Assembly (NCBI GenBank): GCA_018985235.1 | Contig: JADGIG010000027.1 | Span: 1-38,599, forward strand | Direction: 5' to 3' | Length of the DNA stretch: 38,599 bases | DNA from: Sanchytrium tribonematis | Lineage: Eukaryota | Shown: piece by piece, positions 1 to 9,249 of the stretch | Numbering within the stretch: position 1 is the stretch's first letter | How the letters are laid out: the number at the start of each line of letters is the position of its first letter | Made by a program: the position numbers and the translations under genes | Notes under the pieces: model-generated | Database searches by the model: none | What the model saw: the letters and a program-made list of their open reading frames with translations, nothing else | What the model was told of the DNA's origin: nothing

Positions 1-134
1 AATCCCAATGTTTTCGAGTCCCACACAAATTTGCTGCTCTCATCTCCCTCCAATTCAAATATTACCCTCGTATTCGCTATTCCATTGAATTTGACATTGT
101 ATATCTTTATCATGTCAATCATGGATTCGTCCAT
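1..134 (-). CDS. 5' part of an inverted paralog of the 1820..2311 gene (runs off the left edge)
   Basis: Reverse complement of 1-134 reads MDESMIDMIKIYNVKFNGIANTRVIFELEGDESSKFVWDSKTLG, identical to the 1820 ORF except one S>T. The other three coding differences are synonymous. Confidence 0.8.
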   Translation of the reverse strand, partial: MDESMIDMIKIYNVKFNGIANTRVIFELEGDESSKFVWDSKTLG

Positions 135-179
135 TGATTTTGAAAATTTCAGGGGTCAAAATGTGGAGTTTACGCGTGC
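1..179. repeat. Left arm of inverted duplication (partner 1775-1953)
   Basis: Direct base comparison: 5 mismatches in 179 nt against the reverse complement of 1775-1953. Confidence 0.95.
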
Positions 180-619
180 GTCACAGACAGAAATTTTTTC
201 CGATCTTTAAAATTTTAAAGTCGGATGTTCACATCATCCAGTCATCTATTGATCATCATTAATGAACATATCCACGAGATCACTTCGTTAGACGCTCTTT
301 AGTTCACGTGCTCTACAACAGCTACATCGATGTATTTTAGCAATCGCTTCCTCCAATGACTGTCAAGTTACGCGCACCTAGAAAACAAAGCATTTAATAA
401 GCTATTATGTCGAATATTCTATTGAGATTATTTTATTTTGTGTTTCACACTGACAAATTTTGCATGCCTCATATTCCAGCCATTTTATTTTATAATTACT
501 CAATTATTTGAAATACATGACACCTATACATTCAAAATGCTATGAATTCGATTTATTCTTCATCTAATTTTAGTTTCCTCTAATTTTTGCTATAAAATAA
601 ATTTATCGCCACAATTAAA

Positions 620-1742
620 ATGTCTGCAGAAACAATGAATGCATTAGCATGGTTTGGCAATAAAGATATCCGACTTGTTCATGTCAATAAACCCACCATT
701 AAATCTCCAACAGATGCCATTGTCAAAATTACAAAATCCGCATTATCTTCGAGTGATTTAAAATCAGACACAGAAATGAAACCATATGACATTATTGGAC
801 ATGAAGCCATCGGAATTATTGATGAAGTAGGTGATCAAGTCAAATTACAAAAAGGACAACGCGTTGTGATTTCATTTACAACTGCATGCGGAGATTGTTC
901 ATATTGCGATAAAGGACAATTTAATAGCTGTGTTACGGTCAATCCACTAAATCAATACGAGCACAAGGAACATAAATACCACCCAGGCTGTTTAGCAGAT
1001 TTCGTGCTAGTCCCATTTGCAGATGTGGATTTATTGCCGATTCCTGAAGAGATTTCTGATGATTCTGCGTTGCTTTTAAGTGATGCATTGAGCACATCTT
1101 ACCACGCTACTCAATTAGCGAACGTGCAAAAAGGTGATATTGTGGGGATTTGGGGACTGGGACCAATTGGATTATTAACTGCAAAATGGTGCTTTTTGAA
1201 GGGAGCCAAGCGCGTTATTGGAGTGGATATGGTAGATTGTCGATTAAAAATGGCCTTAAAGATGGGAATTGAGACAATTGACTACAACAAAGAATCTGTA
1301 AATGATTTTATTTCGCGAATTTGTCCAAAAGGGTTAGATTGCGCCATCAATTGTGCTGGATTAAAACGGGAAAAGGCCTTAGATAAAGTATCACAGGCAT
1401 TGCATATCACAAATACATCAAATCCAGTATTTGAAGCCATTCGTGGATTGCGAAGATTTGGAAGATTTGCCACTTTGGAAGAATCTCATGATAGTATTTC
1501 ATTTCCAATGGGCGAATTTATGGATAAACATTTGAGTATGACAGGAGGGACATGTCCTATTCAAGGTATATCATATTCATTTAGGAGTTTGGAAGAAATG
1601 TTTGGAATATTTAAAATCTGGAGAAATGGATCCTTCTTTTATTTTCACGCACACTGCTAAATTGGAAGAAGGACCAGATTATTTTAAAAGATATATGGAT
1701 AAAAACCAAGATATCATCAAAGTAATTGTTGAAATGCAATAA
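620..1742 (+). CDS. Zinc-binding MDR alcohol dehydrogenase, formaldehyde-dehydrogenase-like subgroup; exons 620-1565 and 1585-1742 (367 aa)
   Basis: GHE motif, structural Zn cluster CGDCSYC..C and Rossmann GLGPIG. Removing 1566-1584 restores a typical MDR C-terminus (VWKKCLEYLKSGEMDPSFIFTH...IIKVIV). Confidence 0.9.
1566..1584 (+). other. 19-nt GT-AG spliceosomal intron
   Basis: GTATATCATATTCATTTAG; its removal fixes the frame of the conserved ADH C-terminus. Confidence 0.8.
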
Positions 1743-1774
1743 ATTGATGAGTTTCAGATTAATTTTTCCTCCAT

Positions 1775-1953
1775 GCACGCGTAAATTCCACATTTTGACC
1801 CCTGAAATTTTCAAAATCAATGGACGAATCCATGATTGACATGATAAAGATATACAATGTCAAATTCAATGGGATAGCGAATACGAGGGTAATATTTGAA
1901 TTGGAGGGAGATGAGAGCAGTAAATTTGTGTGGGATTCGAAATCATTGGGATT
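1775..1953. repeat. Right arm of inverted duplication (partner 1-179)
   Basis: About 97% identical to the reverse complement of 1-179; homology begins at an ACGCGT site. Confidence 0.95.
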
Positions 1954-2311
1954 ATTTGAGAATAAACAGCGTATCAAGAAGGCGAGGGCGGATGAAAAGA
2001 AGACCAAGCTGAAGCTATACGATGCGTCTGAAGTCATTGGAGAAATATACCAGAAGCGCAGTTTGATAAATTGCCGATTTTTGGCAGATTTGTCGAGTTG
2101 TAAAATATATGTTCACCGTAATAGCGATGGGATGCGATTCTATTTGGGCAAGAAGAACGAGAATGGAGTCAGGATAGCCAAATATGAGATAGAAGGATGG
2201 TTCCAACCAAGAAGATTGCTCAAAATAGAGCCAAATACAGATCCATCGCTAATTATGCTAATATTTATGGGAGTAGAATATCTTTTAGGCCAGAAGTATG
2301 CCATTGTTTAA
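1820..2311 (+). CDS. Hypothetical 163-aa protein, possibly Tubby C-terminal/LURP-one-like beta-barrel
   Basis: Intact ORF, duplicated with mostly synonymous changes. Beta-rich body ends in L.IEPNTDPSLIMLIF, resembling the terminal buried helix of LURP-one-like proteins (fold call tentative). Confidence 0.65.
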   Translation: MDESMIDMIKIYNVKFNGIANTRVIFELEGDESSKFVWDSKSLGLFENKQRIKKARADEKKTKLKLYDASEVIGEIYQKRSLINCRFLADLSSCKIYVHRNSDGMRFYLGKKNENGVRIAKYEIEGWFQPRRLLKIEPNTDPSLIMLIFMGVEYLLGQKYAIV

Positions 2312-2772
2312 TAAAAAATAGATTTAATAGTTATGAGCGAGCTACGGTGTCAATTTGGACGTATTTGAGAACAGAATGCCCAAATTTCAATTATCCAGGT
2401 GAAACTTTCAGTCACCCCAACATGCGGCAGGCCATTTGGATATCATTTTAATCGATTCGGAATACATCAAATCATCGAAAGTAAAACAAAAGCTCTGTTG
2501 ATTTCCATTGAATTGATTTATTGATTTTCATTCAGCAGATCTGGCGAGTCTCTTCCAATTGTTTTCATACAACTTTTGTTGCTCATGTCCAACAAATACA
2601 AATTTGCTTTTCTTAAGTAGATATCCTTCATCTGCTTATATACCCCAATTCCAAAGAACATTCTAATTTTCCACCAATCGCAAATGAAATTATAAGCCAC
2701 TTTCTAAGCCATTTACAGCCACTGTCTAGCCATCCACAGGCCACTTCGATGGTCCAAGATCTTTTCGTCTTT

Positions 2773-3966
2773 TCATTTCAGTAGCAAGTGTTTTAAATAA
2801 TTCAAATCTCCCAAAATACCTGATTCTTTCTCTTGTCCAATACTCGTTACAACACCTCTGTAGCCATGCCCACTCAACACAACAATATTTTCATCCATTT
2901 CACTGATCATTTTAAGTGATGCAATCATCTCATCCACCCGTTTAACCCGATCATCTTCATAAACAGTCCCACAGCTCTGTTTAAACAATGTGTCCCCCGT
3001 AATTAATCGACATTGATTCACCAACAAACAAATACTCCCAGGTGTATGTCCAGGCGTATGTAATATCTGTATCTGATGATTTCCCAATTTTAAAATCTCA
3101 TTATTTTGAATCGCCTGTATCTGCAAATCTGCATTTCCAGGTTGCTGCAGCATAATTGACACATCCAATTCGTGCATATACACAGGTACTTGTTTATATT
3201 TTAATATACTGTGTAATCCAGGGACTTTAACTCTCAAATAATGAAATGGAGACGGCGGAATGCCACCCACATGATCAAAATGAAAGTGAGTTAAAATGAC
3301 ACCTATCAGATTCAATTGCTGTTTATTAAGGATTTGGATGATGGTATTAGTATCCCAACACGGATCTACTAAATAACATTGTTTTGAAATCAAATCTGTG
3401 ATGATGTAAATTAAATTATTCATTTGTTTCGCATATGAATTGATTAAACATGTAATGGGTTGATTCCATTTAGAATCATTGGCAATATGGATGCCACTGA
3501 TTAATTGGGTGATTTGGAAATGATATTGAGATTCTTGGAGTAACCTGTGGGATGTTTGGATCATATCGTAGAGGATGGGGTCCATATACAGATTATCTAC
3601 TTTAATAATAGATTGGAATAACTGGATGGCATCATTATGATGATTTAAAGCGTGTTGGAGGAGGGCATTGCAATAAATCGTGTAATCATGATTTGGATTG
3701 ATAGATTCTAATGTGATTAAATGGGATTGATAATTTCTAGTGACATGTGCATTCAAGAATAATATTTTGCAAATATAATTGGATTCATTTGGATAAATGA
3801 GATTTAATGGGATTTGTTGGCCAATATATTTGGAAATAGACTTGCTATTGGTTAATTTGAATTGAATATATTGATTGATGGAGTCTGTGGAGCAATCAGA
3901 ATCCAATGAGAGGATTATTTGAGTATTTGGAGAAGAATGATTTGTCATGAAACTAGAGGAGAACAT
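2773..3966 (-). CDS. Metallo-beta-lactamase-fold hydrolase (glyoxalase II-like) with N-terminal extension
   Basis: THFHFDH (HxHxDH), HTPGHTPGS, TGDTLF and SGH motifs; first in-frame ATG at 3966. Confidence 0.85.
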   Translation of the reverse strand: MFSSSFMTNHSSPNTQIILSLDSDCSTDSINQYIQFKLTNSKSISKYIGQQIPLNLIYPNESNYICKILFLNAHVTRNYQSHLITLESINPNHDYTIYCNALLQHALNHHNDAIQLFQSIIKVDNLYMDPILYDMIQTSHRLLQESQYHFQITQLISGIHIANDSKWNQPITCLINSYAKQMNNLIYIITDLISKQCYLVDPCWDTNTIIQILNKQQLNLIGVILTHFHFDHVGGIPPSPFHYLRVKVPGLHSILKYKQVPVYMHELDVSIMLQQPGNADLQIQAIQNNEILKLGNHQIQILHTPGHTPGSICLLVNQCRLITGDTLFKQSCGTVYEDDRVKRVDEMIASLKMISEMDENIVVLSGHGYRGVVTSIGQEKESGILGDLNYLKHLLLK

Positions 3967-4197
3967 TTTCACATCAATCAACTCACGCGCAATTCATTGG
4001 AAAAAAACAATCTTAATTGGATTTGAAAAAGAAATTTAGATATTTCAATAGAAGACCTTGTCATTAAGGCTGCTCGATCCGTAGTCATGCACATCTGAAC
4101 TTTTGCCTCCTATCGGCCAATCTAACCAATCAAACCCACTTTAAATGGCATTTGAATCTCAAATATTTTTTCAGACTACTCCTTCCAATTTTACCCA

Positions 4198-4437
4198 ATG
4201 TCTACTTTGGATCATGCTTACATGCTATCAGAATCAGGACAAATGAGTAGACATAGTGAGAAACTGATGAAAATGAGCTCAATAAAATCCATGCGACGAC
4301 TGTCTATTCGAATGAGACAAATTGAAGAAATTGAACCTAAAAAAGACCGAATGAAAGCTGCTCTACGGATACTGGTCATTGGCATTATACTACTAATTGC
4401 TTTGATAGTGCTATTTATCTATTATTTTATAAATTAA
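4198..4437 (+). CDS. Small hypothetical tail-anchored membrane protein
   Basis: 79-aa ATG ORF with a strongly hydrophobic C-terminus; fills the gap between neighbours; CCAAT boxes upstream (~4116-4130). Confidence 0.5.
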   Translation: MSTLDHAYMLSESGQMSRHSEKLMKMSSIKSMRRLSIRMRQIEEIEPKKDRMKAALRILVIGIILLIALIVLFIYYFIN

Positions 4438-4466
4438 TTTTGAAAGTCAAATTTATTTTTGGATTT

Positions 4467-5621
4467 TTAATAATCTTCGTCTTTTGTCAATATTTCTACT
4501 CCATTTCCATGAATGGCTAATGTATGCTCAAATTGAGCCACATAAGATCCTCGTACATCTACCAATGGCGGATAAGAATCTACAAATCCTTCATTAACCA
4601 ATTGACTTAAACTTAAGCTCATTGCGGCACCAGATTCACTCAGCAATGCCTTGTCTACAGTCTGTTTATGCGCAGCATCCCATTGAATACTCTCTTGAAG
4701 CCATCTCTTGGCAAATGGCAAAGTATGAAAATGAGTTTTGACACTTTGAAATAATTGGCGACTTCTGCTACTTTTTGGCTGTCCATTTGGCACTTGATCA
4801 CTCATTGCAAAATGGGATGATTGTCCCTCATCTACCACATAACCTTTTCCAGTTGTTCCAAATGTTTCAATGGCATAAATTTCACCTTCTACCATTTTTG
4901 TAGGATCATCGGATTTGACAATTGGGACTGTTTTACCATTGTGGATCTTGTAAGGACCAATATTATGACCATTTAAGTTTCTAACACATTTAATTGGATA
5001 AGATTTGCCATTTAATTCCAATTCGTAGGATTCCATCACTTCTTGGATTTGAGCACCAATTTCACCTAATTGAGCATCTACACCACTGTTTTTGACACCC
5101 ATCATTGTTGCTTCTTGAGTGGCTTTCAATAAATTATCATATTTATCATTAAAAGTGTGTGTAAATGCAGAATCAATGATATTTCCATTTAATTGAATTC
5201 CAATATCAATTTTAATCACATCATCAGCACAAAGCACTCGCTCATCATTCCAAGCTGGTGAATCATGCGCTGCAATATGGTTAATGCTTAATCCCACTGG
5301 AAATCCCATACCTCGTAAATACGTTTCAGGCGTGTAATTTGTTAATTCTCTCACTTTATTTTCAATTTTTTGAACAATTTCGAGATAATTCATACCAACA
5401 TGCAACTCATTTCTAATATATTGACGTACCTCTTTATGAATAGCAGCTCCTTTACGTAAATGATGAATAGAATCACCAAAAATGGACTCATCGTCTTTTT
5501 TATCATTTTTAACATCAAATGTTAATCTTTCAAACTTTTGCTTTGTCTTCTTCTTTTTCTTTTTTGATTTTGGTGTCGTATTTAGTTGCTGCATTGGATC
5601 AATTAATTCCTCTGGTGACAT
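4467..5621 (-). CDS. MAP2: Methionine aminopeptidase type 2
   Basis: N-terminal poly-Lys, FPVGLSINHIAAH, KIDIG, DSAFT, NLNGH, AIETFG and AQFEHT motifs. Confidence 0.96.
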   Translation of the reverse strand: MSPEELIDPMQQLNTTPKSKKKKKKTKQKFERLTFDVKNDKKDDESIFGDSIHHLRKGAAIHKEVRQYIRNELHVGMNYLEIVQKIENKVRELTNYTPETYLRGMGFPVGLSINHIAAHDSPAWNDERVLCADDVIKIDIGIQLNGNIIDSAFTHTFNDKYDNLLKATQEATMMGVKNSGVDAQLGEIGAQIQEVMESYELELNGKSYPIKCVRNLNGHNIGPYKIHNGKTVPIVKSDDPTKMVEGEIYAIETFGTTGKGYVVDEGQSSHFAMSDQVPNGQPKSSRSRQLFQSVKTHFHTLPFAKRWLQESIQWDAAHKQTVDKALLSESGAAMSLSLSQLVNEGFVDSYPPLVDVRGSYVAQFEHTLAIHGNGVEILTKDEDY

Positions 5622-5762
5622 GGAGATGTTTTGTTTGAAGCGGGTGAAAAATAGAAATTAATTTTATTTCTAGCATCAAATAGCACCCTTGTATACCATT
5701 GGATACTCAGTCCCATATCTGCAATTGTTTAAACTACCAAAATATGAATCATGCTTTTAAAT

Positions 5763-6035
5763 CTATTCTTCCCACTCATCTGTCTCAAATCCCACCTTTT
5801 CCAAATGAAATCCAACTTGCGCTGTTCCTTCTTCAGACTGCACTTGATAATGCCAATAATATCCCCAATAAAATACTAAAATATACATTAAAAGCACCAA
5901 TAACCAAGCAGCAAATGCAAATAACCAATATTTATCAGGAAATATAAATAAATCATACCCAAATAGCCATAATAATACCATTCCAAATGAGATTTGAGTA
6001 GCCACATAATAAACAAATCCATACAAACTCTCCAT
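5763..6035 (-). CDS. GPI19: Probable PIG-P/Gpi19 subunit of GPI-GlcNAc transferase
   Basis: Two hydrophobic segments with YGFV and FPDKYW motifs characteristic of PIG-P. Confidence 0.6.
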   Translation of the reverse strand: MESLYGFVYYVATQISFGMVLLWLFGYDLFIFPDKYWLFAFAAWLLVLLMYILVFYWGYYWHYQVQSEEGTAQVGFHLEKVGFETDEWEE

Positions 6036-6067
6036 TTGTCAGAAAATTGATTTTCAACAATTTCAAT

Positions 6068-7472
6068 TTATTTATTTCCCATTTTATCCATGGCTTCCTT
6101 GACACTCTTATATGCTTTCTTTAATGCTTTCTCCATTTCTTCCAAATCATCTACTGGTAATTCTTCAATTTGCATATTATATTTCATTTGAATATCTTCC
6201 ATAATTTCCTTGTCTTTAAAGCCAGCAATAAAGTTAATACTAAATCCAACACGTCCAAATCGCCCTGTTCTTCCAATACGATGCACTAAATCAGTCAAAT
6301 TTACCATAAGTTTCATAATCTGCCACAAATTCATCTTCAATTCTCATGGTTGGCAAATCATAATTAATCACCAAATTCACACCAATGACGTCTATTCCTC
6401 TACTCAGTACATTTGTGGCAATTAAAACTTTAGCAGCACCTGTTCTAAATTGTTCCATAATGTCATCTCTTTCTGGGGGACTCAATCCGCCGTGTAAACA
6501 GCAACACGAGTGTCCATCTGCTGTCATTTTGGCAACCACTTCATCTGCACTTCTTTTTGTAGTCACAAATATGATAGATTGGCCTACAGTCAATAAACCA
6601 TAAATATTCTCTAATAAATGATTTTTCACTTGACTTGAAATTCTGGGGTGATATGGCTCTGAATTCATGTCTGAGTGGTTGTAATAGTCTTCTATTGAGA
6701 TATAGAATTGTTTAATGGCGTCTACTTTCAATTCTTGCTCTTCTAAAGTGATTCGATTGGCATCTTCTGCGTAATTTAATGCGTAATCTCTGACTGCTGC
6801 AGGATATGTGGCACTAAATAAACAGATTTGAGGTCTATTTCGAATCATTTGTTTGATTCTCATGGCTTGTTGTGACATGGATTGGCCAGAAAGCATATTA
6901 TCTGCTTCATCTAAAACGAGGACTTTAATGTTGTTTAAACTTAATCTTTTGGTTCTGATCCAATGTAAGATGGTACCAGGGGTTCCTACAACGATTTGGG
7001 CTGTGCAGATGCCTGTGGATTCTACTTCTTCTCTAACAGCAGCATCTACTTGAATTCCAGTAAATTGACCTAATTCATCAATTACATCTTTAATTTGCTT
7101 TGCTAATTCTCTTGCGGGTGCTAATACAATAGCCTGTGGTTCTGGAAGGGTTCTCACGACTCTAGAAAGTGCGCAAATAGTAAATGCGGCAGTTTTACCA
7201 GTTCCTGATTGAGATTGGGCAATTAGATTTCTATAGGGTTCTGTTAGTAGTAATGGGAGGGCATTCTCTTGAATTTTAGACGGTTTAATGAATTTAGCTG
7301 CATATATTCCTTTTAAAATATCTGGATGGATATTTAAATCTTCAAATTTAGTGATACTGTATAATTTAGAATTAGGATCAAATAAATCGACTTTGATTTC
7401 TAATTCATCTGCTTTGAATTTATGTTGCATTTGAATGTCATCTAGTTTATCAGCCAATTGATCCGGTTCCAT
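6068..7472 (-). CDS. DBP5: DEAD-box RNA helicase Dbp5/DDX19; exons 7472-6305 and 6285-6068 (461 aa)
   Basis: PSKIQENALP, AQSQSGTGKT, DEAD, SAT and RGID motifs. Splicing joins ADYETY to VHRIGRTGRFGR (motif VI). Confidence 0.95.
6286..6304 (-). other. 19-nt GT-AG spliceosomal intron
   Basis: GTAAATTTGACTGATTTAG on the minus strand; removal gives the conserved ETYVHRIGRTGR with no extra or missing residue. Confidence 0.9.
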
Positions 7473-7539
7473 GATTTGCAGAAAGGGGTGTTTGAAAAAC
7501 TATTTGAAAGCAAACTAATGTATTTAATTGTGGGGAATA

Positions 7540-8420
7540 AAACTAGGTTATGACCGCCTCATAATTATCGTGCACATTATCCAAAAGTTCATCACCATGT
7601 TTTGCAAGATCACTTTTTTTTGCTTTTTTAAACTTTCTGGAAAGAGGTTTTACATGATGGTTAAGGTACTTGTACAAGATTTATTAAAATCTACAGTCTA
7701 AATCCAGAGATTTTTAATTCATTTTTTTGACGGAACTAAAAAGACACGACAGGGCAAAAGCCACATTCTTTTTAAGGCAATAAAATCAAAGTGTTTATCA
7801 TCCAATTCCCTCCTACTGATCAATACTCTCGGGGGAAACAAATATATTTATTCCTTTTTAATTATTAATGAGTAGACCATTTGGCAAAAATCACCTTTGG
7901 TAAAAAAACCATAACTTGGTCAATTATTGGGACGTTTTCTCATGCACTTAAAAAATCTCTTTCAAAATTAACAATAAATTTTCAGGTCATTCACTTTTGC
8001 CATGTGCAAATTGTTAATGTAGTGACTTGTTTCTAAATCATTTTGAATAATAAAAAGTGGAACTTGATTCCAATGCTTTCCAATCTATTTTAGGTGGATA
8101 AATGGTTTAGTTTTTGATCCATTTTTCATATTTGCAGTTTAATATATGTTTTTTCATTGAAACTACTAAAATTGAGAGCTACATTTGCACCTTTTTTGGC
8201 AATAGTTTTTGGTTTCCAAACAGTCATCCAAATAACAGTTCCATCCATAAATAAAATATTATCTTCCGTGTAATTTGCGGGCTTTTGTCAACATCATAAA
8301 TGTGTCGTGCAGCTGAAACTACTAGCTTTATATGAATGCTTTTCTTTTATTCTTTACCGGTGTCTGCTGTTTGCTTGCCATTTGTTTATTACAAACAATA
8401 TTAACTAAAATTTATTCAAT
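7540..8420 (-). mobile_element. Decayed pogo-like (Tc1/mariner superfamily) DDE transposase relic; boundaries approximate
   Basis: Minus-strand translation NYTEDNILFMDGTVIW...KTIAKKGA (cf. NMDET...T...KG) near 8180-8275, then frameshifted KNGSKTKPFIHLK (cf. DGxKLPPxxIFK); many stops. Confidence 0.65.
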
Positions 8421-9249
8421 TCCCCGGGAAAAACCAATCCAAATCCTTCCGGGTTTATTACTTAGCCCAGTGCACTGCAAATCTTGGAAACGCGACGATT
8501 CTATCCGACCAATTAAAGGAAGCAAAACTATTATAAATTTGTGCTTCGCACTTTAATAGGGCGCATGCATGGTGGCAATTTGTGGCACTGAAAGTAGAAA
8601 TCAATAAATCGTTAATAATTTTAGTAAATGATTTATTTTATAATTTATTTTCACGCTTTATCGCACGTACTTCAGTTAATTTTTAATCATATGTATTTAT
8701 AAAGCCGAAATAAGCAATTTTAAACGCATCATAATCGGTTTTTTTCTCGAAAGCTGAACCTTATGTTTTTCTCTTAAAATATTTCTTGAATTCGTGTAAA
8801 AATGTTTTCACATTTATTTTCTCCAATGGTGTATACTATCCAACTAATGTATTACCAATAAAACCAATGTTTTTAAGCTTGTTTCGCACTTATTGCCGTA
8901 GATTTTGATTTTATACTCACATCTGACTGTTTCAAATTTTACAATTTAGATATCCGAAAACAACCCAAATAAGCAGCAGATAATAGAAATTTATACATTG
9001 AACTAATAAATGAATTCAGGCTCTTTGTAATCAAGGAGTATTGACCACTTGGACATCCTGCAATAAATAAGATACATCCATAAATGGAAAAATAAATGAT
9101 CTAATATCTATTTCCGGATGAGTTTTATTTGGGCAACAGCTGCTTGCTCTCATTATGTATGATTTAAAGCTATAAACGTATTTTGATAATTTAATTTTCT
9201 CACGAAAACAAAACTTCTTTAAAAATTTGTTTTTATAGCGCCATAGTTT

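Noticed and set aside
2330..2770. Possible ncRNA or 60-84 aa ORFs between the 1820 gene and the MBL gene
   Set aside because: Only a short hairpin; no snRNA, snoRNA or tRNA signature I can recognise and no protein motif.
620..3966. Aldehyde-detoxification cluster (FDH-like ADH plus glyoxalase II-like gene)
   Set aside because: Only proximity supports it; substrates are unknown and the ADH catalytic site is altered.
5719..5737. Another 19-nt GT..AG segment on the minus strand (GTAGTTTAAACAATTGCAG) downstream of PIG-P
   Set aside because: It lies after the stop codon, repairs no recognisable frame, and lacks the A at -6; could be chance.
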